64,000 nt of DNA from Candidatus Thermosaccharophagus tengchongensis (GTDB taxonomy: Bacteria > Armatimonadota > Fervidibacteria > Fervidibacterales > Thermosaccharophagaceae): assembly GCA_032161105.1 (NCBI GenBank), contig JAVHTD010000010.1, one strand, 5' to 3'. A program made the position numbers and the translations under genes. The notes below the pieces were generated by a model. It was not told where the DNA came from. It saw only the letters and a list, made by a program, of their open reading frames with translations, and did not search any database. Shown one piece after another: positions 49,676 through 60,114 of this stretch (the first letter of the stretch is position 1; every line of letters begins with the position of its first letter).

Positions 49676-51997
49676 TCAACACTCACTATACCCGCACGAA
49701 TAGCATTTCTGGCAACCCTCTTCATATACAAGTGTGGCGTTGCCGCATATTGGGCATATGTCTCCTATGCGCTCGCTGTTCTTTGAGAGCCCGGCATTGG
49801 TTGCCTCAACATGAGCCAGCTCAGCCCTTTCAGGCTCAATGCCAGTGTGCTCCGCAAGAACCTGCGCAATGGCATCGGGCAGGGAGCGCACCCTGCGCTT
49901 TCCAAAGCCGAGTTGTCTTCCGCCACCGATTCCCGAAAGCTGGTCAACGATTTCTTTGACTCTCTCCTTTGGTGGCATCGGTGACGGCATTCTCAAGCAC
50001 AGCGATATCAACCGCCCGATGGCTTCCGAAACTGAGGCTATATCGCTGCCAGCTTTGCCGACATTGATGAACACTTCAAACGGTTCCGGCTCACCATCCT
50101 CGGTGAGTTCATTAACCGTTATGAACGCAGTCCCAAGCGGCGTCTCACGCCTATAGGTCACGCCACTGAGCTTCTCCGGGCGGGGCTTCTGCCTCAAACC
50201 GACCCTGCGCATGTATGCCTCCGTTATAAGCACCCCTTCCCTGCTGCCCTCACGGTAGACTGTGATGCCTTTGCAACCGAGCTCCCATGCGAGGAAGTAA
50301 ATCTTGCTGACCTCTTCTACAGTTGTGTTGTGCGGCAGGTTGACAGTTGAACTTATGCTGTGGTCTATGTGGCGCTGTATTGTGGCTTGCATGCGAACAC
50401 GCATCTCTGGAGCAATTTGGTGCGCTACGACGAAATAGCTTGGCAGCTTGCTCTCCTCATCCACTCCAAACTTCTCCATGTATTCCAAAACCAACGGGTG
50501 GTAGACTTTGAACTCCCCACGGGAGAGTGACTCACTGCGCCTGATGTATGAGAGGGCGAAGATCGGCTCAATGCCGCTTGTCGTGCCCGCAAGTATTGCT
50601 CCGGAGCCAACTGGTGGAACTGTCAAACAGGCAGCGTTGCGTAACCCGTGCTTTTGAATCCGCTCAAGGACACGCTCATCAAGCCTCTGTATGAACGGCG
50701 AGCGCATGTGCTTCTCCAAATCAAACGCTGGGAACGGTCCTTTCTCAATGGCGAGGTTGACACTCTCGTCGTAGACGATATTCTTGATGCGCTCAAACAG
50801 CTTGTCGGCAAACTCAATTGCCTCATCCGAATCGTATCTCAGCCTGAGCTTGCACAGCATATCGGCAAGCCCAGTAAAACCGACGCCGATGCGCCTTGAG
50901 CGCAGGCTCGCCTCGCGCTGCTGCGGCAGAGGGTGCTTGTCCGCAGCATAGTCAAGCACATTGTCAAGGAAGCGCACAGCATACCTTGCAGCCCTCTCCA
51001 AATTCTCCCAGTCAACCATGGCTTGCGGTGTAAACGGATTGAGCACGAACTTGGACAGGTTTATGTTGCCGAGGTCACAGCACCCATACGGCTCAAGCGG
51101 TATTTCAGAACAAGGGTTTGTCGTGATTACTTCCATGCCGTTATATTGCGTGGTTGATTCCCGCACTACTGTATCCCAAAAGATGACTCCAGGCTCAGCG
51201 CTCTCCCAGGCGGCATGCACGAGCTTATCCCAAAGGTCCCTCGCCCTAACTTTGACCTCAATCCTTCCGACGACCTCGTTTTCAAACCAGAGGGTGAATT
51301 CGCCATCCGATTGAACTGCCCGCATCAACTCATCTGAGACCCTCACGGAAATGTTCGCATAGCGCACCCTCTGGCGCTCCGGGTCTCGCTTGATGTCAAT
51401 GAAGTCAAACACATCCGGATGGCTGTCCCGTATCGTTATCATCAGAGCGCCTCTCCTGCCAGCTTGCCCAATCGTGCCCGTCACAAGCGAGTAGAGCTCC
51501 ATGAATGAAACGGCACCAGTGGATGTCCTTGCAGCATTGTTCACCGGAGCTCCCTTTGGGCGCAGGATTGATATATCGCATCCGACGCCCCCACCATATG
51601 AATAGGTTCTCGCCGCCTCCTTAGCCGCGTCAAATATCGCCTCCAGAGAGTCGTCCTTTATGGGGATGACATAGCAATTGAGCAGGGTCACCTTCCTCGG
51701 ATTGCCAGCACCATGCATTATCCTTCCGCCGGGGACAAAGCGAAAGTCCTCAAGTAACCAAAGGAAGTTCTTCTCCCACAGCTTCTGAAGCTCTGGTGTC
51801 CGCTCAACCGAAGCTATCTCCGAGGCTACTCGCTTCCACATCTCCCTCGGCGTCAGCTCAACAACGGTGCCGTCATTTGAGCGCAATGCATACTTTTCCA
51901 AGAAGACGCGCGCTCGCAACTCATCACCATTGAAGAACTGGAGCGTCTCCGCTGGCAACCCCGCTGCCCTTGCGCCTGCTGCATCCGCGCCGCCCAT
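49676..51997 (-). CDS. nrdJ: Adenosylcobalamin-dependent (class II) ribonucleotide reductase with fused TSCPD domain and Zn ribbon
   Basis: PGGR, NC, GGG.G, RRGA.M, TNPCSE, TSGIEP, ISST.N, G.TVYR, PFEVF...GKAG, C-terminal CPICG...C..CGYSEC. Confidence 0.95.
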   Translation of the reverse strand: MGGADAAGARAAGLPAETLQFFNGDELRARVFLEKYALRSNDGTVVELTPREMWKRVASEIASVERTPELQKLWEKNFLWLLEDFRFVPGGRIMHGAGNPRKVTLLNCYVIPIKDDSLEAIFDAAKEAARTYSYGGGVGCDISILRPKGAPVNNAARTSTGAVSFMELYSLVTGTIGQAGRRGALMITIRDSHPDVFDFIDIKRDPERQRVRYANISVRVSDELMRAVQSDGEFTLWFENEVVGRIEVKVRARDLWDKLVHAAWESAEPGVIFWDTVVRESTTQYNGMEVITTNPCSEIPLEPYGCCDLGNINLSKFVLNPFTPQAMVDWENLERAARYAVRFLDNVLDYAADKHPLPQQREASLRSRRIGVGFTGLADMLCKLRLRYDSDEAIEFADKLFERIKNIVYDESVNLAIEKGPFPAFDLEKHMRSPFIQRLDERVLERIQKHGLRNAACLTVPPVGSGAILAGTTSGIEPIFALSYIRRSESLSRGEFKVYHPLVLEYMEKFGVDEESKLPSYFVVAHQIAPEMRVRMQATIQRHIDHSISSTVNLPHNTTVEEVSKIYFLAWELGCKGITVYREGSREGVLITEAYMRRVGLRQKPRPEKLSGVTYRRETPLGTAFITVNELTEDGEPEPFEVFINVGKAGSDIASVSEAIGRLISLCLRMPSPMPPKERVKEIVDQLSGIGGGRQLGFGKRRVRSLPDAIAQVLAEHTGIEPERAELAHVEATNAGLSKNSERIGDICPICGNATLVYEEGCQKCYSCGYSEC

Positions 51998-52029
51998 CTC
52001 CCCCACCTCCGTTCGGCATCTCCGATTAC

Positions 52030-52077
52030 CTACTAAATATAGCCATCTCAACGGCTATGGCACACAACATATTGTGC
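52030..52077. promoter_or_regulatory. Tandem NrdR boxes upstream of nrdJ
   Basis: Cores ACTAAATATAGC (52032-52043) and ACAACATATTGT (52064-52075), 32 bp apart; match the NrdR palindrome. Confidence 0.8.
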
Positions 52078-52175
52078 GCAATTAAATTATGCCCCGCTGG
52101 GTCGCATCTGTTAATACGCCTCCATAGGCGTGCAAACCGCGCTTTGAGAGGGAGAGCCCTCAAGATGCCCCCGAG

Positions 52176-54452
52176 CTATTCTGAAGGGTATTGCGCTGCG
52201 AGTTGATCAAGCACTATTGATCCACTCAGTGCCCCAGACTGCGTTGCGACTACATAAATTGCATTCAGTGTCAAAGGCGGAATCGCCTCCGCAGGCACTG
52301 CGGCTTCAACTGAACGCCATTCCCCACGCCATGTTATGCTGCTTGCCAGAGTCAAATAAAACACCCTGCCAATTGCATCCCTTATCTGCGCCCTCAGCCA
52401 CACCTTGCTGCCATCCCCATGCACAGCGCACCGCAGCTTCAGCGGAGAACCAATGGGACGATTGAAAACGAGATACGCAGCCCTCGTAATGTAACCGGAG
52501 CCGAGTTCAAATGAAAACTTCAAAGCCCTTCCCTTTGACAGCGCTGGGTTGCTCACAAGCTCACAATTCGCTTTTACTGTCCCATCGGATGGGACACATC
52601 TGATTGAGATGCCCTTCAGCGAATTAAACTCCTCAAGTATCACCCAGCGCTTCCCAACATGGACATCAACATGCGTCTTAGCGCCATAAAGCGTCAATGT
52701 CAGCCCTGTGCGCCCAACATTGCTTTTGGCGGATAAGGTCATCGCGCTGGCGTCAAACTCAATCAACTCGCCATCAAACTCAGCCCTCACATCGCTTGGG
52801 TTATAGTGAAGCTTGTATCCGTCGTCAGTCTCGGCAAGCAGGTGAAGTTTGATGCGCTCGTTCGGCTCAACGACGACGCGCCTCGGAATGGGAATCAACA
52901 CTTTTGGCACTCGGTGAACGAAGACAACGGCTTCTCCCGATATGCCTCTTGTTGGATCTATTGCACGCAAGACAAATTTCGCAGGTGCATCACCAACTTG
53001 AGAGTCGGCAATTTTAAGGGTTGGGATTGCCCCAAGTTCAACCTCACCAAACCTCCTCTCAACTTCAAACCTGATAGCGCCGTGCATTTCAACCCTGTGG
53101 CAGGCATCGTCTTCAAGCCAAAGCCTCAACGGTATGCGCGCGTTGGGAAGAGCGTGAATGACCTGCGGCTCTATGGCGATATGTGTTGGCTCACCAATTG
53201 GCACGGGATTAAACACCACTATGGCGTTGGCTATTGGGCGAGGCACGCCATCCGATGGCACTACGACCTCATCTGAAACGCACATACCAGTAGAGCTGCC
53301 GCAATCAAGCATCATCGCCTCTTTGCATCCGAGCTGAACCATAAGCTGCGCAAGTTGTGTGGCATTAATTCCGATTCCACCGCGAATGGGATCGCCCGCA
53401 ACAGCCACAAAGATAATGCTCTCCTCACTTAGCCCAACAGCAGAGCGCGGATATTGCTGAGATACCATTTCGGGCTTAAAGTTCTCCTCGCGCCATTCAA
53501 CGCTCACATTGCCATCTCGCACCAATCTCGGACCTGCTCCAACTGCCCAAGAGATGCCCGCCCCTGCTGGCTGCACCTCCGTCCGTATTTCCAATTCATC
53601 ACCGACGCGCACACTGCTTAAGGTGCCAACTGCCTTGCCCCTCGCTGCAATGACTATTCCATCACTCGGTATCTCAATGCTCCCGCCGTTGGTAACTGAT
53701 ATGACTGTCACCCTCAAAATGCCATTGGGGCGGAGCGGTAAGTTATGTGCTTTGGCAACGACTTGAATGGCATCCCACTCAGATGGGCAGTATGTCCACC
53801 TGCCAAAACGGGATGTGAACATGGTCACGCCATTTGCCACAACGCCCTGGTTGAGAGCCACTATGGGCACGGTCGCATCTTTGAGCAATAACTCAACGCG
53901 CCCACTTAAGCGCTCAATCTCAATATCACCGTTCTCCCAGCAGACGAGGGCTGAACGAGAATTCGGCGGTGAGATCAATTCACCGCGCCAAACGAATAAC
54001 CCTATTGGTGACATTCGGTATACGCCCGTGCCAGCCATAAAGTAGCCGCCGTTAATCGCACCGATTGCTTTCATTCCCGTGAACGCCTGCGCGTCTTGGA
54101 CTATAGCCCGTATCGGCTTTAAGCCAACATTGTGGATGTTTGCAAGCATCGGCTCTGCGGCGAAGCTACCACTGAAGCGCTTTTGGCAGACAAGCGCATG
54201 CACAACTATGGGCTGCGGTTGCTCAAGCCTGAATGAGACATATTCCACTCCTTGACCAACACGCCTTGTGAGCCAACCTTTAGCGCCCTCAACTATCGGT
54301 ATGGCTGCGAGCGGCATAATCGCAGGCTCGCCGATGAGCAACACCATGATCGCAATGATGCTCAACCTCGCTGCCCAAATGCGAGGAGGGGCGATGGAAG
54401 TCCTATGCTCGCCGATTGATTTGCACTTCGTTGAGCACCCTTGCAAGCTCAT
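52176..54452 (-). CDS. Exported phosphodiester glycosidase (NAGPA/DUF2233) family protein; start uncertain
   Basis: AINGGYF, GAGPRLV, PRSAVG, AMMLDCGSST, R.IANA. Confidence 0.85.
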   Translation of the reverse strand: MSLQGCSTKCKSIGEHRTSIAPPRIWAARLSIIAIMVLLIGEPAIMPLAAIPIVEGAKGWLTRRVGQGVEYVSFRLEQPQPIVVHALVCQKRFSGSFAAEPMLANIHNVGLKPIRAIVQDAQAFTGMKAIGAINGGYFMAGTGVYRMSPIGLFVWRGELISPPNSRSALVCWENGDIEIERLSGRVELLLKDATVPIVALNQGVVANGVTMFTSRFGRWTYCPSEWDAIQVVAKAHNLPLRPNGILRVTVISVTNGGSIEIPSDGIVIAARGKAVGTLSSVRVGDELEIRTEVQPAGAGISWAVGAGPRLVRDGNVSVEWREENFKPEMVSQQYPRSAVGLSEESIIFVAVAGDPIRGGIGINATQLAQLMVQLGCKEAMMLDCGSSTGMCVSDEVVVPSDGVPRPIANAIVVFNPVPIGEPTHIAIEPQVIHALPNARIPLRLWLEDDACHRVEMHGAIRFEVERRFGEVELGAIPTLKIADSQVGDAPAKFVLRAIDPTRGISGEAVVFVHRVPKVLIPIPRRVVVEPNERIKLHLLAETDDGYKLHYNPSDVRAEFDGELIEFDASAMTLSAKSNVGRTGLTLTLYGAKTHVDVHVGKRWVILEEFNSLKGISIRCVPSDGTVKANCELVSNPALSKGRALKFSFELGSGYITRAAYLVFNRPIGSPLKLRCAVHGDGSKVWLRAQIRDAIGRVFYLTLASSITWRGEWRSVEAAVPAEAIPPLTLNAIYVVATQSGALSGSIVLDQLAAQYPSE

Positions 54453-55404
54453 CCCGTGAGGTGATGTTGACTCGTGATCGCATGAGCTTTTCCAGAGCGC
54501 CATGCATCAAACACCTCGCACTCACAAACGCCCTCTCAAACCCACCAATCTCAAGCAGCGAGGTTATAATTGCCACACCGGCATAAAACACCGATGCCCT
54601 CTTAGGCTCAAAAGCCAAGAGCGCCTCGCAGTCCGCAAGCGACATGCCGCTCAGTCTCTCAAGTGTGGATGTCAAGTATGCCTTAGTCAAAACAGTGCCA
54701 TGTACCGCCTCGGTTGAAAAGGAGAGCTTGTTATGAACCAGCATCGCAAGCGCTACCGCTGTCCCACCCGAAACGATCATGTGGCTTGCCTCGCGCATGA
54801 CTTCCGCATATGGCGAAAGTGTTGCCCGAATGAGGGAGTGCAGCCTTAAGCGCTCGCTATCGGGTATTGGATATGCTGTGATGAACTTGCGCGTGAGCTC
54901 CCTTGAACCGATGTTCAGACCATGCACTGAATATAAACTGCCAGCTGCATCTCCTATGACTAATTCGGTTGAGCGTCCTCCGACATCAGCAAAGGCAATG
55001 CTTGGTAGCGAGCTTCTGTCAATGAATGACATCCCCGAGATGGCGCCGATGAAGCCCAAGCATGCCTCCGCTGGTTGCGAAAGCGGAATGATCGGTATAC
55101 CTGTGCTGCCTTCCAGCTGCGAGATAATTTGGTCTGCGTTTTTGGCGTCGCGAAATACCGCCGTTGCAAGCGCGCACACCGGGGTAGCGTCAGCTTCCAC
55201 TGCCAACCTGACGAACCTATTTAGCGCCATCACCGTCGGTATCAAACCATCAAAATTAATCTCTCCCCTCTCATTGACTGCATCCGATGCGCCCGTTATC
55301 TCACCGCCGATGAAACGCTCAATCAACTTCTCATCTGCCCACTCGGCTATCAAATACCTGACCGCATTTGAACCGATATCAAAGCACGCCAAGCGCACCG
55401 TCAA
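54403..55404 (-). CDS. ppx: Ppx/GppA-family phosphatase (short form)
   Basis: DIGSNAVR, ATAVFRDAKN, AEA, DVGGRSTE, GGT. Confidence 0.88.
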   Translation of the reverse strand: MTVRLACFDIGSNAVRYLIAEWADEKLIERFIGGEITGASDAVNERGEINFDGLIPTVMALNRFVRLAVEADATPVCALATAVFRDAKNADQIISQLEGSTGIPIIPLSQPAEACLGFIGAISGMSFIDRSSLPSIAFADVGGRSTELVIGDAAGSLYSVHGLNIGSRELTRKFITAYPIPDSERLRLHSLIRATLSPYAEVMREASHMIVSGGTAVALAMLVHNKLSFSTEAVHGTVLTKAYLTSTLERLSGMSLADCEALLAFEPKRASVFYAGVAIITSLLEIGGFERAFVSARCLMHGALEKLMRSRVNITSRDELARVLNEVQINRRA

Positions 55405-55522
55405 TCACCCGTAAAAAACCGCAGCCATCGGTCACATGCGTATGACCGATGGCTGCATTTCATCCAATCATCAGCTCAGATGAATCAGCTGCGTCATCAT
55501 GCGCCACCGACAAGTTTACATA

Positions 55523-55894
55523 TCACAGACCTGCCATCGCCTTCACAACATCGGCTCTGCTGACTATGCCCACAACCTTGCCCTCCGAAACCACTGGCAC
55601 GCGCTTGATCTTGCGCTTTGCGAGAATGGAGATTATCTCCTCAAGCGGCGTATCGGGTGATACGGTCACCACGCGCTTCTTCATTATGTCACCCACTGTC
55701 TTTGCGCCTGCTGGCTTTGCGAGAACATCAGCCTCAGTGACGATGCCAACGAGGCGCTTGCTCTTCAAGTCCTCAACCACTGGCGCACCGCTTATCTTGT
55801 GCTTTGCGAGCAACGCAGTCAGCTCATTGATTGATGTGTCGGGAGTGACACACACTACGCGCTTCGTCATGATATCACTTGCCACTTTCGCCAT
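55523..55894 (-). CDS. Stand-alone CBS-pair protein
   Basis: Two CBS repeats (DIMT...PVV...GIV...D). Confidence 0.93.
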   Translation of the reverse strand: MAKVASDIMTKRVVCVTPDTSINELTALLAKHKISGAPVVEDLKSKRLVGIVTEADVLAKPAGAKTVGDIMKKRVVTVSPDTPLEEIISILAKRKIKRVPVVSEGKVVGIVSRADVVKAMAGL

Positions 55895-55943
55895 TACACC
55901 TCACCTCCATACATGCGATATTTGAATGCTATCTCACTTTTGT

Positions 55944-55973
55944 AGCATAGCGAAAGATGTTACCCTCTGTCAA
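55944..55973 (-). promoter_or_regulatory. Putative sigma70 promoter for the CBS gene
   Basis: TTGACA-18 bp-TATGCT on the minus strand. Confidence 0.5.
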
Positions 55974-55981
55974 GAGCTAAC

Positions 55982-56722
55982 CTATACGCCGTAGTAAAGC
56001 CTTATCGCGAGCTCCCTTGGCAAGCCAGCCTCAATTATCTTCTGGGCAGCCTTGTCAACATCGTATTCCACTCGCTTGATTGTGACCTCCCCAGAGTCAA
56101 CATCGTAGACTGCGAAGCTCGCCATGCGGTTATAATCCCTTGGCTGACCAACGCTCCCGCAGTTGATGATGTAATGAGCCTGCTCCAATATTCGGATTGA
56201 ACCACCCCTTGAAAGGCTGACCCTTCCCATTGTCTTTGTCCTCGGATACCACTCATAAGCCTCCGCGACATGCGTATGACCGCAAAACATCACCCTCACA
56301 TCAGGCGGCATTCGCTTCATGGATGCAAGGGCTATTTCCTCGCTCAAGATGTATTCCTCAAGCGGATCACGAATTGAGCCGTGAACGGCGATGAGCAGAT
56401 TGTCAATCCTCTTTACCGAGCGGAGCGACTTCAAGAATTTAAGGTTCTCCTGACTCAGCTGTTGCCTCGTCCAGAGTATCGCGTCCTTGGCGAATGGATT
56501 GAACCATTGTAGGTCCATCATCCCGATGACAGCCGCATCGTGATTTCCCATCAGGATGACGCTACATGTGTTTCTGATGCGTTCGCAGCATTCGTTTGGG
56601 TTAGCGCCGTATCCGACGACATCGCCGAGGCATATCACTTCATCGGCATCGCCCAACTCTTCCAACACCCGCTCCAACGCTTCAAGGTTGCCGTGTATGT
56701 CGGATATGATTCCGTAGCGCAT
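55982..56722 (-). CDS. Calcineurin-like metallophosphoesterase
   Basis: SDIHGN, LGD.VGYG, GNHD, HGS, GHTH, GSVGQPRD. Confidence 0.93.
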   Translation of the reverse strand: MRYGIISDIHGNLEALERVLEELGDADEVICLGDVVGYGANPNECCERIRNTCSVILMGNHDAAVIGMMDLQWFNPFAKDAILWTRQQLSQENLKFLKSLRSVKRIDNLLIAVHGSIRDPLEEYILSEEIALASMKRMPPDVRVMFCGHTHVAEAYEWYPRTKTMGRVSLSRGGSIRILEQAHYIINCGSVGQPRDYNRMASFAVYDVDSGEVTIKRVEYDVDKAAQKIIEAGLPRELAIRLYYGV

Positions 56723-56833
56723 CCCATTCACCTGCCGCCACTCGCGCATCAATGCTCGGCAGCTTGCCCATCAAATGCGCACACGGGATTCAACTTGCCA
56801 TGCGCGGTTGAATCCAATCTGGGGCGGTAAAAC

Positions 56834-58180
56834 TCATAGCTCCACGAAGTATGTTTCGCACACTATGTCTATTAGCTCCCTCGTGAGCTTCGGTTGGATG
56901 CCCATGTAGTTGCAATAGTCAATGAGCTGCAACATAAGGTCGCGAGGGTGAACGGCTCGCAGTTCCCTTCCAGCCTGCCTGTAGTGCTTTTCAAGCAGGT
57001 AGTCAACGACATCTTGGTCATACTCAACCCCGAAGGCGGCACACACCCGTTTGAATATCTCAATGAATTCCTCCTCGGTTGGATCGCCAACCTCAATCTT
57101 GTATCGTATTCGCCTGAGGAAAGCCTCCTCAACAAGCTCCCTCGGATTTAGGTTTGTTGAGAAGATGATGAGCACATAGAATGGAACGCAGATTTGCTCC
57201 CCAGTTATGAGGGTGTGGAAGTCAACCTGCTTCTCAAGCGGAACTATCCATCGGTTGAGCAAGTCCCTTGGCGGGACTTGCTGTCTTCCAAAGTCATCAA
57301 TCATGAACGCTCCACCATTCGCCTTCATCTGGACTGGAGCGGTGTAGAATTTGAGCGAGCGATCGTAATGGAGTTCAAGGTGCTCAAGTTTCAGCTCGCC
57401 ACCGACAACAATGAATGGCTGCTTGCAAACTATCCAACGCTGATCAAATTGCTGCTCTCCAGCCCTCCGCGCCCTATCGGTTTCGTCCAACTTCACCGGC
57501 TCATGGTATGCAGGATCAAAATAGCGTATGACTTGTCCGTGAGTTTCAATCGCATATGGGATGACAACTGCACCACTCATCGCCCTTGCAAGCCTTTCAG
57601 AGATGGATGTCTTTCCATTCCCCGGGTTCCCGTAAAGGAAGAGCGACCTGCCGGAATTGAAAGCCGGTCCGAGCTTCCTGAGCAATCGCTCGTTTATCAC
57701 GAGGTCACTGAGAACCTGCCTGAGAAGCTGATCAGTAATACCAGACCATTGAGTCCTGTTGTATTGCATCTGCTGAACATAGTGGCTCAACGGGACTGGT
57801 GCAGGACCAACATAACCGTTGTATTCAAAGATCTCCCTCGCCCTTTGTATACCCTTTGATGTGAGCCCAAGTTCCCATTGAGTTTCAAACCTGCTAATCC
57901 CCCTCTTAACCTCAACTAACTCCTCATGCCTTAGCCTGCTCAGGATGGTTTGAACAATGTTGAAGTATGGGAGTTTAAGAGCATCTGAAAGTTCCCCCGA
58001 GAGCATAGTGCCGCGTGTGTAAAGTGTCTTGAGTATGAGCTCGGCAATGAAACTCTCCTTTAAGCCAGTCTCCTCAATGCTCGCCGGAGCCAACGGTCTA
58101 TACGGTGGGACTTGCTCCCGCTTCACCTCCTCAACTTCAACGCCTAAAAACTCTCCGAGGGCATATTTGGCTTCCGCCAT
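56834..58180 (-). CDS. AAA+ ATPase with N-terminal winged-helix-like domain
   Basis: GNPGNGKT, IDDFGRQ, NRWIVPLE, FSTNL, AFLRRI. Confidence 0.88.
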   Translation of the reverse strand: MAEAKYALGEFLGVEVEEVKREQVPPYRPLAPASIEETGLKESFIAELILKTLYTRGTMLSGELSDALKLPYFNIVQTILSRLRHEELVEVKRGISRFETQWELGLTSKGIQRAREIFEYNGYVGPAPVPLSHYVQQMQYNRTQWSGITDQLLRQVLSDLVINERLLRKLGPAFNSGRSLFLYGNPGNGKTSISERLARAMSGAVVIPYAIETHGQVIRYFDPAYHEPVKLDETDRARRAGEQQFDQRWIVCKQPFIVVGGELKLEHLELHYDRSLKFYTAPVQMKANGGAFMIDDFGRQQVPPRDLLNRWIVPLEKQVDFHTLITGEQICVPFYVLIIFSTNLNPRELVEEAFLRRIRYKIEVGDPTEEEFIEIFKRVCAAFGVEYDQDVVDYLLEKHYRQAGRELRAVHPRDLMLQLIDYCNYMGIQPKLTRELIDIVCETYFVEL

Positions 58181-58241
58181 AAACCTTTCACCTCGCATTC
58201 ACATTTCGTCCTGCTGCATGAAACGCTCAGCACTATGCCAT

Positions 58242-59060
58242 TTATTCCTCTCCGAGCTCCTTAGCCACTGCGTGTATTGGCGCTATCAACTGTGGATCAA
58301 ATTGCTTTCCGGCACCCTTATCAATCTCGGCGAGTGCCTCCCTCAAACTCATCGCCGGTCTGTATGGGCGTGGCGAGATCATTGCGTGCAGCGCATCACA
58401 AATGTGAATGATGCGAGCACCAATTGGTATCTGCTCACCTGAAACACCGCCCGGATAACCACTGCCATCATAATGCGTATGGTGGTAAAGTATCATCGGG
58501 ACGATTCGGCCCAAAAACTCAATTGGTCGTATCATCTCGGCTCCGACAACACAATGGTTCCTCACACGCCTCAGCTCTTCTTCCGTCAACCTCCTCGGCT
58601 CAAGGTAGAGTCTTTGCGCATCATTGATTAAGCCTATGTTGTGTATCCCAGCGGCGTATTCAATCTCTTCAACTTGTGCATCCGGCAAACCAATCATGGC
58701 TGCCACTTTGCCCGCTGATTGGCGAACTCGTTTGCAATGCCCAATCATGTATTCAGTTTGCGCCTCTATAGCCTCCACGATGAGCGATGCAGCCTCATAG
58801 AACACTTGCTTCAAGTCGGCGAGCTTTCCGGTGCCAAGCACACTGACACCCTCTGCTTCCCCAAGGAATCGGATGATGTGCAATATGAGCGAGTAAAGCA
58901 ATGGCTTTACCTCTTCGCTATGAAGGAAGGTTACATCCGGGTTAGATGCGCGGACTTCAGCGAGCCAACTTTCAAGCAGATCATATGATGAGTCTTCAAG
59001 GCGCCTTATAAGCCTTCGGATCACCTCTACATGCTCTGCTGCCACTTTCTTCACCTCCAT
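58242..59060 (-). CDS. HD-GYP domain protein with degenerate active site
   Basis: GH..RV, HNIG (for HDIG), HHTHYDGSGYP (for HHExxDGxGYP), RPYR. Confidence 0.88.
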   Translation of the reverse strand: MEVKKVAAEHVEVIRRLIRRLEDSSYDLLESWLAEVRASNPDVTFLHSEEVKPLLYSLILHIIRFLGEAEGVSVLGTGKLADLKQVFYEAASLIVEAIEAQTEYMIGHCKRVRQSAGKVAAMIGLPDAQVEEIEYAAGIHNIGLINDAQRLYLEPRRLTEEELRRVRNHCVVGAEMIRPIEFLGRIVPMILYHHTHYDGSGYPGGVSGEQIPIGARIIHICDALHAMISPRPYRPAMSLREALAEIDKGAGKQFDPQLIAPIHAVAKELGEE

Positions 59061-59304
59061 CCGTTCGCCATAAGTAAGGATGCTATCACGCTGTGGTCGT
59101 GCATCTCACCCGCCGCTCAGCTTGCCCCGCAGTGAGCTACATGCATTCAACGAACGAGCTCACAATCGGTTCAAACGCGCTGATGTGGTGCCCAGTTAAA
59201 CGGTGCTTATCCAGTGCACTGGTCTCGTGCGCTAAATTTATTGTGAGCTTGCTGAGCACATAAATGCATGCAACTCGCTGTAGGGGCAAGATGAGGTGAT
59301 AACC

Positions 59305-60063
59305 ATGCCGCAAGTTAAAGTGGGAATACAGCTCATCATATATGGGGAACGGGTAAGGGAAGACCTTGCGAGCGTGTTGAGCGAAGTCAAGTCCTGCGGG
59401 TTTGAAGGGATTGAGACGGGCAACCTCTTCAACATTTCCCCGCCTGACAGGGTCATGGAACTGCTCAGAGAACACGACCTCTCAGTTGCGGCTGTGCATG
59501 TTGGTTACAGCGATGTTGCCGATGAGGAGAAGCTTTCAAAGCACATAGAGTATTTGAAGCGAGTGGGTGGGAAGTTCCTCATCTGCTCGGGTGTGGCACA
59601 GGCTGAGGGAATAAAAGCATATGAAGTGGCAGCGGAAACTTTTAACGCTGTCGGGAAGAGATGTATGAGCGAGGGGTTGACCTTCTGCTACCACAACCAC
59701 GCATGGGAGTTTGAGGAGTTTGAGCAGTTTGACGGGGTCAAAGGCATACACAGATTGGCTGAGTTGACGGACCCAGAGCTCGTTCGGCTATGCGTTGATG
59801 TGTATTGGGTTACGGTTGGCGGTGAAGACCCAGTTGAGTTCATACAACGCTACATATCCCGTTCACCGTATTTTCATTTCAAGGATGGTGCTCCCGGGGA
59901 ATTCACAGAGCTCGGGAAAGGTAAGGTCAACCTCGCCGGCTGCTTGCAGGCAGCACTGGCTGCCAACGCTGAGTGGATCATCTACGAACAGGACAGGACA
60001 AGCAAGCCAGTAATTGAGTCAATTCAAGAAAGCCGAGAGTATCTTCGGAAGCTCGGTGTGTGA
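59305..60063 (+). CDS. Sugar phosphate isomerase/epimerase (IolE/AP-endonuclease-2 TIM barrel)
   Basis: GFEGIE, YHNH..EF, D.YW, HFKD, ELG.G, EQD. Confidence 0.9.
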   Translation: MPQVKVGIQLIIYGERVREDLASVLSEVKSCGFEGIETGNLFNISPPDRVMELLREHDLSVAAVHVGYSDVADEEKLSKHIEYLKRVGGKFLICSGVAQAEGIKAYEVAAETFNAVGKRCMSEGLTFCYHNHAWEFEEFEQFDGVKGIHRLAELTDPELVRLCVDVYWVTVGGEDPVEFIQRYISRSPYFHFKDGAPGEFTELGKGKVNLAGCLQAALAANAEWIIYEQDRTSKPVIESIQESREYLRKLGV

Positions 60064-60114
60064 TGAAATTTTATTTCGTGTGTGCCAGAGGATGAGGTGG
60101 CTTGAGGGGACGGG

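Noticed and set aside
49676..51997. Intein or intron in nrdJ
   Set aside because: The TNPCSE region is uninterrupted, the length is normal and I saw no splicing motifs.
57194..57859. Long antisense ORFs (also 20666-21334, 31872-32492, 46840-47460, 54779-55414)
   Set aside because: They lie opposite well-supported genes and carry no recognisable motifs.
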